Below are positions 17,683-26,996 of a DNA stretch of 64,000 bases, piece by piece. The notes under the pieces are model-generated. The model was not told where the DNA came from, searched no databases, and was given only the letters and a program-made list of their open reading frames with translations. The stretch covers positions 10,256 to 74,255 of the forward strand of contig MPNB01000005.1 in assembly GCA_002238805.1 (NCBI GenBank), in the 5' to 3' direction. This stretch comes from Rhodothermaceae bacterium bin80. GTDB taxonomy: Bacteria > Bacteroidota > Rhodothermia > Rhodothermales > Bin80. The position numbers and the translations under genes are program-made. Positions within the stretch are counted from its first letter, which is position 1, and the number at the start of each line of letters is the position of its first letter.

Positions 17683-18450
17683 TCACACGTTTGCCAATGC
17701 TCGCCCAGTAGGAATTATGAGGACCTCTTCTATTGCCTTCAATTCGGAAAGAAGCCTGTCAAGATGCGCAGCGGAAAGAGGCCCCCAGCCCTCTTCATCC
17801 AAACCGTGAGCGTTGAAGATCAGCCATCCGCCGGACGAGGCCAGAAAACGATTAACCTCTTCCGTAAGAAATGTGTCAATATTCCCGGGACCGTGGCTGC
17901 TGCAAATCAGCTTCTTCTGCCCGGCGTGTGGCAGCGCATTAATCTGCGCATAACCCGTTCGAAAAGCCTTCACTTGATCGGCTAGCCATTCCTCTATGGC
18001 AGGACTTGAAGCGTTGTAGGGAAAGTTGAAAATGGCTTGCTTGGGTTCGAATCCATTCAGTGCTTCGCTGAAGTAATCCAGGCCGCGCATGATCAAGTCC
18101 TTTGCGTCCTGCAGCGGCACCTCGGTCAAATTCTGGTGCTTATACCCATGAGGCATGACTTCATGGCCACGCGCAACCAATTCGTTCCACAGCCCAAAGT
18201 CACCTACTGGAAAATGGTGATAGTCGTTGGGCAGAACGAAATCATCATGGTGGGCCGTGGCAATAATGTTGATGCAGGCCGACAACCCGTGCTTCTCAAA
18301 GATCTTCGCCGTTTCTAAGCTCGATTTACGGAATCCATCATCGAAGCTGAGCGTGATTACGTGTGTCTTCTGCCGCTTGGTCGCTGCTACAAGTGCAGAC
18401 AATCCCACACCCTTCAAAAAGCTCCGGCGGGTGATGGGATCCAAACGCAT
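17683..18450 (-). CDS. polysaccharide deacetylase-family protein with Tat-like signal
   Basis: The N-terminus is RRSFLKGVGLSALVA. The block ITLSFDDGF and later His residues match the NodB-type fold. Confidence 0.7.
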   Translation of the reverse strand: MRLDPITRRSFLKGVGLSALVAATKRQKTHVITLSFDDGFRKSSLETAKIFEKHGLSACINIIATAHHDDFVLPNDYHHFPVGDFGLWNELVARGHEVMPHGYKHQNLTEVPLQDAKDLIMRGLDYFSEALNGFEPKQAIFNFPYNASSPAIEEWLADQVKAFRTGYAQINALPHAGQKKLICSSHGPGNIDTFLTEEVNRFLASSGGWLIFNAHGLDEEGWGPLSAAHLDRLLSELKAIEEVLIIPTGRALANV

Positions 18451-18452
18451 GG

Positions 18453-19925
18453 CTACTTCACGGTTCGTTTTCGAGACTCCATCAATCGTTTCAGTCGAGC
18501 CAAAGTGTCTGCATAGATGGGATCATCGACCAGATTGTTGATCTCCATCGGGTCCACTTCGTAATCGTAAAGTTCGGCACCTGCATTTCCACCATTCCAT
18601 TCGGTGTACCGGAATCGTTCAGTGCGAATCGAATATCCCATCACGCTCCGATCGCTTATTTCAGGATGCATCCATGCGGCCCTGCTCCAGCCAACCGTAA
18701 AAGCAGTAGCTCTGCCCAGGCGGTCCGTGTCCTCCAGGATGGATCGCAGGCTTGATCCCTTGAGGTGCTCAGGTGCCGGCAGGCCTGCCATATCCACCAG
18801 TGTGGGATACAAATCCACTAACTCTACTAGTGCCTCTGTGCCAGAGCCTTTCTGCAGCCCCTCCGGCGCAGCGACAATGAGCGGGACTCGAACGGATCCC
18901 TCGAACAAATCGCCCTTCTGCCAGAGTCCGTGATGCCCCAAATGATATCCGTGATCGGAGACGAACACAACAATGGTATTGTCGTCCAGATCCAGTCGCT
19001 CCAGCGCATCTAGGAGGCGACCCACCTGCGCATCCATAAACGATACTGAAGCATAGTAGGCCTGAATGATTTCGCGACGCTTTTCCATGGTCAGTTCGCG
19101 CTGCCTCGGTCGATCGGCCAGAGCCGCAATTGGGATATCAACTCGATCACCTGGCTGCTCGAGAACGGGATCGATCTGATCCAGCGGATACAATTCAAAG
19201 TAGGGGACCGGAGCCACAAACGGCGTGTGCGGGCGATAGAATCCGATCGCGAGGAACAGGGGCGTGCCCGTCCGAGATGGGTGTTGCTCTTCCATGATCC
19301 GAATAGCTGCAGCCGCGCCTAACTCATCCGTATGGAATCCATCTTCCGGATCCACGCTCAGCCAGCTTAGCGTTCCGCCATACTGATTTGGAACGAGAGT
19401 ATGTATGCGGTCGTGAACCTCGCGATCGATTCCGCGCGGATTCACGGTTTCGGACCACGACGCGGGATCATCCATACCGTCCGAGCCGATTTGCCTTGGA
19501 ACGCCATAGTGGAAGAGCTTTCCTACGCGGGCTGTATGGTACCCGTGCTCCCTAAACCATTGGGGAAGTGTAGGAATATCCGGAATGTGTTGACGGAAGC
19601 TGTCCCGATTGGTCAGTACGCCGGTTTGTTCCGGGTAGAGTCCGGTTAGAAAGCTGGATCGACTAGGGTTGCAGACCGGATACTGACAGTATGCACGATC
19701 GAATCTCACGCCGCGAGCAGCTAAGCGGTCGATATACGGGCTGCTTACCAGATCGTGGTCGTATGTACCGAGGTCCGTGTTTAGGTCGTCAACGGCAATG
19801 AAAAGGACATTTGGCGGATCCGATTCTTGTGTACACGACGCAGCAAACAGCCCGAAGACAAGCATGATCGTCGGAAAAACCAAGTCGGACACGCAGCAAT
19901 AGCGATGTCGTGTCTTGCGACTCAT
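18453..19925 (-). CDS. formylglycine-dependent sulfatase
   Basis: NVLFIAVDDL and the sulfatase signature CNPSRSSFLTG (CxPxR) are present, plus VVFVSDHGYHLGHHG. Confidence 0.88.
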   Translation of the reverse strand: MSRKTRHRYCCVSDLVFPTIMLVFGLFAASCTQESDPPNVLFIAVDDLNTDLGTYDHDLVSSPYIDRLAARGVRFDRAYCQYPVCNPSRSSFLTGLYPEQTGVLTNRDSFRQHIPDIPTLPQWFREHGYHTARVGKLFHYGVPRQIGSDGMDDPASWSETVNPRGIDREVHDRIHTLVPNQYGGTLSWLSVDPEDGFHTDELGAAAAIRIMEEQHPSRTGTPLFLAIGFYRPHTPFVAPVPYFELYPLDQIDPVLEQPGDRVDIPIAALADRPRQRELTMEKRREIIQAYYASVSFMDAQVGRLLDALERLDLDDNTIVVFVSDHGYHLGHHGLWQKGDLFEGSVRVPLIVAAPEGLQKGSGTEALVELVDLYPTLVDMAGLPAPEHLKGSSLRSILEDTDRLGRATAFTVGWSRAAWMHPEISDRSVMGYSIRTERFRYTEWNGGNAGAELYDYEVDPMEINNLVDDPIYADTLARLKRLMESRKRTVK

Positions 19926-20246
19926 CTCCGCGACTGGAATTTGGTCTTGTTCGCGCGATTAGGTCGGCGGTTAGCGGACCGTGCGTAAAATCTGCGAAGC
20001 ATATCTCCAACTGGAACGAAATAAAGATATAGGCTCTTCCCCAAATATAGTGGAAGAGCCATAAGATTGAGCAACTAGGAAGTATTGGTCCAGTCAGTCG
20101 CTATGAGTAAATTCAAGATCGCGAAACACCAGCTGTACTGGGAATTGCAGTCTTTGTTACTGCTCTAATTCCGGGTTCTTTCAGAATGCGGGCTCCTTAA
20201 TCAAACGATCAGCGTATGATTTTGTAGTGCACAGTCCACACCAAGG

Positions 20247-20663
20247 TCAATAATAGCGTTCCAAGCGTTCCCGACTCTCGGGGCTATATTGCTTACGTAT
20301 CCAGTACGTTTTCGCATCGGGATCAAGTTTGCGGCGTAGCGGATCTCTGCCGAAAAGCCGCATGAACAAGCCAGTAGGAATAAACAGCAGCACGAAGATC
20401 AGGGTTAGCAGGACACGGGTCATTATGAACCCAAGAAGCACCGCCAGTGCCATCCATGGTTTATACAATAGCCTCAGAATTGCTGGGGCTACAAGTCCGG
20501 CTATTAAGAACGATACCCCAATACTAGATACCACAATTACTCCCGGAGCAGTGCGCCAGTAAAGCACGCCTGCAATGACGAGAAGCGCGATCCCCAGTGT
20601 GATGCCAAAGGAGCGCAGTTGACGCCGGTCTGGACTAAGTGAGTGCAGCTCTTCGCGCAGCAT
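20247..20663 (-). CDS. SxtJ-like small membrane protein
   Basis: 138 aa with three transmembrane helices. The pattern LRSFGITLG...PW..L...LG......L...F....P.G...R..G.DPL...D....YW resembles the SxtJ family from memory. Confidence 0.45.
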   Translation of the reverse strand: MLREELHSLSPDRRQLRSFGITLGIALLVIAGVLYWRTAPGVIVVSSIGVSFLIAGLVAPAILRLLYKPWMALAVLLGFIMTRVLLTLIFVLLFIPTGLFMRLFGRDPLRRKLDPDAKTYWIRKQYSPESRERLERYY

Positions 20664-21345
20664 CCCGATACTCTGTGGCCTGTCGTGTGAGATTGCGAAA
20701 TAAAGATCTTAGCCTCATCCGCTCTGGATGAAACTGTACGCCAATATGAATGCCATCCGTACGTTCTATTGCTTCGATGATACCATCAGTGCTTCTGGCG
20801 CTCACGATGTAGTTGATTCCCGCGTCAAGCACGGCCTGGAAATGCCGCGAGTTCACTGTGCTGAGGTCAGATTCCCAAATGCGCGCCAAGTGGCTTCCCG
20901 GTACTACAGCTACAGGGTGGCTCTGTGCTCCACGTTTCTCGCTATGCACAGAGGCGCCGTCTACTTGCTTTTCTACGTCAGCATACAACGATCCACCGGC
21001 CCGGACGCAAAGCAATTGCATTCCGTAACAAATACCGAGAATCGGCAGATTTCGTTCGACCGCAGTATTCAGTATCAGGTTGTCTGATTCCCATCGTCCT
21101 GGATTCACGGCTTGCAGCTGAGCGGGCAGGCTCCCCACTGTCCTTGCGGTAATGCCCGGTCCTCCTGGAATGATCAGCCCATGAATTTGATCGCACAACT
21201 GTGCCGCCTCTTCAATAGTACTGACAAGCGGCATAAGCACCGATTGTCCGCCGGCATCTTTGACCGCACTCACATAAGCGTGATCAAGCCGGTACTTCCC
21301 ATCCTCAAAGGAGGTTGTTATGCCTATTAGTGGTCTCACGGGCAT
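20635..21345 (-). CDS. class I glutamine amidotransferase / gamma-glutamyl hydrolase (peptidase C26 family)
   Basis: The nucleophile elbow is ILGICYGMQLL and the catalytic His-Glu is GVQFHPE. Confidence 0.8.
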   Translation of the reverse strand: MPVRPLIGITTSFEDGKYRLDHAYVSAVKDAGGQSVLMPLVSTIEEAAQLCDQIHGLIIPGGPGITARTVGSLPAQLQAVNPGRWESDNLILNTAVERNLPILGICYGMQLLCVRAGGSLYADVEKQVDGASVHSEKRGAQSHPVAVVPGSHLARIWESDLSTVNSRHFQAVLDAGINYIVSARSTDGIIEAIERTDGIHIGVQFHPERMRLRSLFRNLTRQATEYRDAARRAALT

Positions 21346-21668
21346 TTGATACCACGTAGAGTAATGCGGTTGGAGTGATGCCTGTTGCCTCCTTTGCGCA
21401 GGGCAACAAGCATGTGGCCTTCAGATTTGTACGTACTGCTTACATGCAGAGACAACTGTCCGCTGTCGATCAATTCGGTCAATGCAGACTTGACCGTGTG
21501 TCTATTGGAGCCTGTTGTAGACTTTCCGTGAATAATTCGCACCGAATCTCTGCCACGACGGGCAGACTTAGTAATCAGTGCACGACTCAAACGCAATGCC
21601 TCATCAACAGAACATCCGTGCAAATCCAGCTCCGGGCGAACATTGTCGTCCGTAAGGCGCGCTTTCAT
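21336..21668 (-). CDS. Smr-domain protein
   Basis: The blocks LDLHGCSVDEAL and VRIIHGKS are present. The ATG at 21668 forms an ATGA overlap with the arsC stop. Confidence 0.7.
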   Translation of the reverse strand: MKARLTDDNVRPELDLHGCSVDEALRLSRALITKSARRGRDSVRIIHGKSTTGSNRHTVKSALTELIDSGQLSLHVSSTYKSEGHMLVALRKGGNRHHSNRITLRGIKCP

Positions 21669-22093
21669 GAGTCGGAAGGGTTGAAATATTCTTGGATCCA
21701 AGCCTGAATCTGGTCCCGTACACGCCTGAAGGCCGTACTTTTTGCTTGATCGGAACCAGTGGTTGCACGTGGGTCCTCGAAGCGTTGGTGTATGTTATTC
21801 TTGGCTGGAACATAAGGACAGTGCTCATGTGCAGAATCACAGACGGTCACGACAGTATCCAGATTTACTGATAAAAATTCGTCAACCCCCTTGGAAGTAT
21901 GATGACTGATGTTAATGCCGATTTCTTCCATGGCACTGACTGCAAATGGGCTCACGCCACTGGGTTCGGTTCCTGCACTGTGAACCTCGTAATAGTCTCC
22001 AAAAATGTGTCTCAACAGCCCCTCGGCCATTTGTGAGCGGGAGGAATTGTGAGTACAGACAAACAACACTCTAGGTTTATGCATGGGAATCAT
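21665..22093 (-). CDS. arsC: arsenate reductase / low-molecular-weight phosphotyrosine phosphatase family
   Basis: The P-loop is VLFVCTHNSSRSQMAEG and later Cys residues are present (TVCDSAHEHCP). There is an ATGA overlap with the dnaE stop. Confidence 0.85.
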   Translation of the reverse strand: MIPMHKPRVLFVCTHNSSRSQMAEGLLRHIFGDYYEVHSAGTEPSGVSPFAVSAMEEIGINISHHTSKGVDEFLSVNLDTVVTVCDSAHEHCPYVPAKNNIHQRFEDPRATTGSDQAKSTAFRRVRDQIQAWIQEYFNPSDS

Positions 22094-25000
22094 GCATCAT
22101 ATTGATTATTTCTTCTCCATTCAAGGTAAACCCCTTTCACTCCGAACGTAGACTCCAGAACAGACATTAACTCTGGAGTTGCCGCTACTTTTGCTTTTTC
22201 GCCGACCAATCTCAGATCTTGACCATTCACTTTAATCACGAAGTGAAGCTCCTTCTCGCCCTTGTTAGCTTTGCAAGCATCCACAAAACGGTTTAAGTCT
22301 TCATTTTTCAGTTGCTCAAAATCTGGAGTAATGACAATATTATCAAGGAGCTTATCGCGCAACGCAGCCAACGGGATTATGCGGTGGCTCAGGATTTTTA
22401 GAGTCCCCCCACCATCCTCTACTGTGCCTTCTGCCATCACCATAGTGCCCTCGGTGAGAATGCTTTTTGCTTCGGCGTGTGTGGATGGGAAACAGACAAC
22501 TTCAGCCTGCCCAGTATAGTCCTCAAGTGTGATATTAGACATCTCTTCTCCCTTGCGGGTCTTCCTGGTTTTTACTGCTGTGATGACACCACAGACCGTA
22601 CAGGGAGGTCTTAGATCTCCCTCGGCAGTCAAGGTGGGCAAACCCGCCAAGGTGTTTGTGGCACAGGAGCGCTGCTCAATCTTCCAGTCATCCAACGGAT
22701 GCCCGGAAATATAAAACCCTGCCAGTTCACGTTCCTGCTCGAGTATTTCGGTATGTGACCATTCTGCACACTTCGGTAGCGCAGGTTCTGGATGTATGGT
22801 CAGAGAATCTTCATCGGCAAATAAAAACCCTTGTCCTAGCATCTCATCCCTCCGTGCAGATTCGGCATACCGGATAGCCAGATCCAGGGCATCAACAATC
22901 TGTGCCCGATGCTGGCCAAACTTATCCAAAGCACCTACACGTGCCAGAGAGTCGAGTGTTTTCTTGTTTAGGATGTGGGAGTCAAGTCGCTTCACGAACT
23001 GAAAGAGTGTCTTCGCGGGACCGTTCCTCTCCCTATTTGCTACGATTTTGTCAACAGCTCCCCGGGCAACCCCCTTTACTGACGATAATCCAAAATAAAT
23101 GACACCTTCTTTGTTAACCGAAAAATCCCCTGTGCTGTAGGTAACCGACGGGGGCTGAATCTTGAGGCCCAGGCGCCTCGCTTCGTTCAGCATGGCAATG
23201 AACTTCTTGGAGTCTCCTGATACATTAGACATTACTGCTGCCATGAATTCAGCAGTGTAGTGAGCTTTGAGGTACGCAGTTTGGTACGCAACAAGCGAGT
23301 AGGCGACACTGTGGCTGTTATGCACCACGAAGCCATTGGCGGAGTAATTATGGTCTTCTGCCACGCTCAGGTCGTACGTGTGTGCGTGTCCCGCATATAC
23401 GATCCGTGCAATGCTCTCCCAAGTGATGCTGGTTTTGGTCCTTGTTGCACAGGCAAGGCCACCACCGAGGTCGATTTGCGGGATAGTTTCTTGCGGATCC
23501 ATGGTTGCCACCTTATCACCGGTGTGCAAATTCCCCAGACGCTGCCAGCCGCCCTGCACGCGAAACCGGTGTGTAGATGTTGCACGGATACGACGTCCGT
23601 TATTTGTGATCAGCTCAAGAACCGGCTTAAATCCATTATAATAGACGGCTTCCACTTTCCGGGGAGCTATATCTCCCTCACTTGTGAGTGCATAGACCAG
23701 GAAATCTTCACATCCCTGTTCGTGAAGTGTTCGAACAGTCACCTGCGCGCCGGTACGTGCATCGGTAACCAAGGTCGACTCTTCCACACATTTATTGAAT
23801 CCGTAGCCCGCGAACTTGTCCATCATATCGAAGACTTCATTCGCCACTTCATCGGAAACGCCGCGTTCGGCTGCTCCCTCAACGAAGCGGTTACGTTCGG
23901 CTCTCATCACGGATTTTTTCTTCTTGCCCATGGCCCGTCGCAAGACATCAGCTGCTCCGAGCGAATAGCCGCCCATGACCTGGGCTATCTGCATGACCTG
24001 TTCCTGAAAAACAGGGATTCCATAAGTAGCTTCAAGTACCGGTTTCAGGCTCGGATGTGGATACTGTATCTCTTCGTCACCGTGCTTTCGTTTGATATAG
24101 TTTGGAATCAGATCCATGGGCCCTGGCCGATAGAGAGCATTCATGGCCGTCAAATCATCTAGCGAGGTGGGCTTTAACTGGACAAGCCACTTGCGCATGC
24201 CTTCCGATTCGAACTGGAAGATGGCGCTCGTGTCCGCTCTTTGGAAGAGTTCAAATGTTTTGGGATCATCCAGCGGTAATGCATCCATATCCGGTGCGCT
24301 GCCGGTGCGCTGCTTGATCAGGTTGCATGTATCGTCAATAATAGTCAGGGTTGAAAGCCCAAGAAAATCCATCTTGAGCAGGCCAAAGTCTTCTACCCAG
24401 TCTCCCGAGTATTGGGTCGTCAGTACCTGTTCGTCTTTGTTTTTTGTGGTTGCCACCGGAACATGGTCGCTGACTATGCTAGGTGCTATAATGACACCGG
24501 CAGCGTGCACGCCGGTATGCCGGGCACATCCCTCCAAAGTCTGCGAAACCCTGAGAAGTTTCTGGATCTCCTTGCGCGTGGAGGTCTTGAGTTCTTTCAG
24601 TTCTTCAACGGAATCCAAAGCTGCGTCGAGACCGCTTTGGCCATAGGGGATTGCTTTGGCAATCTTGTCGGCTTCCCGAAGCGGGATTTTGAGGACGCGC
24701 GCCACATCTCGAATAGCTGTACGTGCTCCCATGGTGCCGAACGTAATTATTTGACTTACGTTGAGCCGCCCATACTTTTCGACCACATAGTCAATCACCT
24801 TGCTCCGACCGTGGTCATCAAAATCGATGTCAATATCCGGCATCGATATCCGCTCTGGATTGAGGAAACGTTCAAAGAGCAGATCATACTTGAGCGGATC
24901 TACGTTCGTGATCCCGAGGCAATAGGCCACAGCACTGCCAGCAGCCGAACCTCGCCCAGGACCTATGGATACCCCCATTTTACGTGCTGCGGTCGTAAAG

Positions 25001-26031
25001 TCCTGTACAATCAGAAAGTAGCCGGCATAACCCATCTGAGAGATTATGCCCAGTTCATGATTCAAGCGAGCTTGCACATCCTCTGAAAAATCAGGATACC
25101 GCTCCCTGCCACGCTCAAATACTAGGTGTTTCAGATATTTGTCAGAATTGCTCCCAAATTCCTCAGGAATCTCAAAATGGGGCATAAGAAGCTTGCCAAG
25201 TGGTATCTCGAATTGGCACTTCTCTGCAATGGCCAGACTGTTCTCCATCCAGGTGGCTGCTTCCAAGGTTTTCCCCAGGACGGCATGCATCTCATTCGCT
25301 GACTTCAGATAGAATTCCTGCTTGTCAAAACGGAGGCGGTTGGGGTCATCAAGATCCTTGCCGGTCTGAAGGCAGAGTAGAATGTCATGTGCATCGGCAT
25401 CCTCTTTTGCCACATAGTGGACATCATTTGTAGCAACGACCTCAACGTTGAATTCCTGCGCCCACATCAGGAGTTGTTCGTTTACCCTTTTCTGTTCCTC
25501 AATACCATGATCCTGGATTTCCACATAGTAGTCTTCTCTACCGAATATATCCAGATACTTTTTGAACCAGTAACGGGCCTCTTCCAGATTCCCGTCAATA
25601 ATGGCACGGGGAACCTGTCCCTGCAGGCAACAGGTTGTTGCTACGAGACCCTCGTGGTAATTTTCGAGAAGTTCGAAGTCAATACGGGGTTTGAAATAGA
25701 ATCCGTCCAAGAACGAGAGCGAGGACAGTTTCATCAGGTTTCGGTAGCCTTGCTCGTTCTTTGCCCACAGAACCTGATGGTACCGTACCCGAGTATCGCG
25801 TTTTTTCATGGAGCCCGGGGTCACGTAGAATTCGCACCCTATGACGGGCTTTATTCCATTTTTACGGGCTGTTGCGTGGAATTCCGGCACACCGTACAGA
25901 TTACCGTGATCAGTGATGCCCAAGGCGCTCATTCCCAGTTTGCGGGCCTGTTGCACGAGCTTATCAATGCGTGCGGCTCCATCCAGTAGAGAATAGGAGG
26001 TGTGGCAGTGCAGGTGGCAGAATTTAGGCAT
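22090..26031 (-). CDS. dnaE: DNA polymerase III alpha subunit, interrupted by a mini-intein
   Basis: The PHP domain starts FCHLHCHTSYSLLDG. Other blocks are GPGRGSAAGS, PDIDIDF and the C-terminal OB region. 1313 aa including the 158-aa insert. Confidence 0.97.
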   Translation of the reverse strand: MPKFCHLHCHTSYSLLDGAARIDKLVQQARKLGMSALGITDHGNLYGVPEFHATARKNGIKPVIGCEFYVTPGSMKKRDTRVRYHQVLWAKNEQGYRNLMKLSSLSFLDGFYFKPRIDFELLENYHEGLVATTCCLQGQVPRAIIDGNLEEARYWFKKYLDIFGREDYYVEIQDHGIEEQKRVNEQLLMWAQEFNVEVVATNDVHYVAKEDADAHDILLCLQTGKDLDDPNRLRFDKQEFYLKSANEMHAVLGKTLEAATWMENSLAIAEKCQFEIPLGKLLMPHFEIPEEFGSNSDKYLKHLVFERGRERYPDFSEDVQARLNHELGIISQMGYAGYFLIVQDFTTAARKMGVSIGPGRGSAAGSAVAYCLGITNVDPLKYDLLFERFLNPERISMPDIDIDFDDHGRSKVIDYVVEKYGRLNVSQIITFGTMGARTAIRDVARVLKIPLREADKIAKAIPYGQSGLDAALDSVEELKELKTSTRKEIQKLLRVSQTLEGCARHTGVHAAGVIIAPSIVSDHVPVATTKNKDEQVLTTQYSGDWVEDFGLLKMDFLGLSTLTIIDDTCNLIKQRTGSAPDMDALPLDDPKTFELFQRADTSAIFQFESEGMRKWLVQLKPTSLDDLTAMNALYRPGPMDLIPNYIKRKHGDEEIQYPHPSLKPVLEATYGIPVFQEQVMQIAQVMGGYSLGAADVLRRAMGKKKKSVMRAERNRFVEGAAERGVSDEVANEVFDMMDKFAGYGFNKCVEESTLVTDARTGAQVTVRTLHEQGCEDFLVYALTSEGDIAPRKVEAVYYNGFKPVLELITNNGRRIRATSTHRFRVQGGWQRLGNLHTGDKVATMDPQETIPQIDLGGGLACATRTKTSITWESIARIVYAGHAHTYDLSVAEDHNYSANGFVVHNSHSVAYSLVAYQTAYLKAHYTAEFMAAVMSNVSGDSKKFIAMLNEARRLGLKIQPPSVTYSTGDFSVNKEGVIYFGLSSVKGVARGAVDKIVANRERNGPAKTLFQFVKRLDSHILNKKTLDSLARVGALDKFGQHRAQIVDALDLAIRYAESARRDEMLGQGFLFADEDSLTIHPEPALPKCAEWSHTEILEQERELAGFYISGHPLDDWKIEQRSCATNTLAGLPTLTAEGDLRPPCTVCGVITAVKTRKTRKGEEMSNITLEDYTGQAEVVCFPSTHAEAKSILTEGTMVMAEGTVEDGGGTLKILSHRIIPLAALRDKLLDNIVITPDFEQLKNEDLNRFVDACKANKGEKELHFVIKVNGQDLRLVGEKAKVAATPELMSVLESTFGVKGVYLEWRRNNQYDA
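23317..23790 (-). mobile_element. mini-intein (158 aa, no homing-endonuclease domain) within dnaE
   Basis: The host motif GYGFNK|SHSVAYS is split. The insert begins with Cys (CVEESTLV, block A), has the TxxH block B (RATSTHRF) and ends ...DHNYSANGFVVHN, followed by Ser +1. Confidence 0.88.
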
Positions 26032-26996
26032 ATTGGTGGGGCAGCTTGTCTGAATAAGTTACGCCGAACGACGGAGATAGAATGCAATTGTGGTTGTTCG
26101 CTGTGCTCATAATACTGCTCACTGGGTGAGAACACAGCTCCCATCGCAACAATTTACTCGCATAATCGCCGTGAACATACTGCTATGCGGCCAGATAAGG
26201 TGTTGTTACTCCCTTGATAGTCAAAAGGATACAAAAAGAACAACATCCCCCACGGAAATCCAGGCTGTAGGTCGTTTGGAGAACCAAGAAGGTAAATACC
26301 TATTCCTGTAATGATTCAGTATGAAAACAAGGCAGATGAAATCACCGAACAAATGAATCATCTACCAATGATAAATTAGATACCGATGCAAATGGATGCC
26401 AACTGAATTGAGCCAAAAGGTCCTAGGGCAACAGCAGTTTTAATGCTCCGAAAATGAGGAAATGCTGGATATGGGGCTTCTACTGAGGCAATGATTTGAA
26501 ATGTGGAGTGTTCACCATTATTGTAGTCTATGCAGATGCGGTACTATGTGCTCGTATGGTTTTAATGCAAAAAAGAACTCACATTGGTCTGCGTGGCTTA
26601 ACCCCGCCCTGTTCATAGAGAAAAGACCGGACAATGAGAGTTCTTCAGTATATGTTGGGGAGCATTTTCGAGTTTCTGCTTGGTAAAATACGACGGATTG
26701 CATGCATTTACTTGAAGCCATCCCTCTGATGCTCCCATTTTCCGTGTCCTCCGCGTCCTGGGCACACGAGATTTGGCCGACACGGCATTCTTCTGTGGCC
26801 GACACATAACTAGGACGTGCGACGTTTCGACGCTCGGAAAAAAAGAACTAATCAAGAGGCAGGGGCGGTCACGTTGACCGCTATGGAGGCGGACGCTCCA
26901 CCAAGTCATAGAAGCCCCCCAGCTCCTCATAGGCGACGGCACGCATCTGAAGGTTTGCATAGCCGCGCCACATGATGGTGTGGCCTGGCGGTGGAT

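Noticed and set aside
20031-20059. GGCTCTTCC(N11)GGAAGAGCC hairpin between the SxtJ-like gene and the sulfatase gene
   Set aside because: It could be a terminator on the minus strand, where T-rich sequence follows. However, the loop is large and it lies about 190 nt from the stop, so it is not confident enough to list as a feature.
23260-24162. 300-aa + strand ORF (and others at 24143-25086 and 25387-25989) inside dnaE
   Set aside because: These are antisense shadow ORFs of a strongly supported gene. Their translations are low-complexity or unfamiliar.
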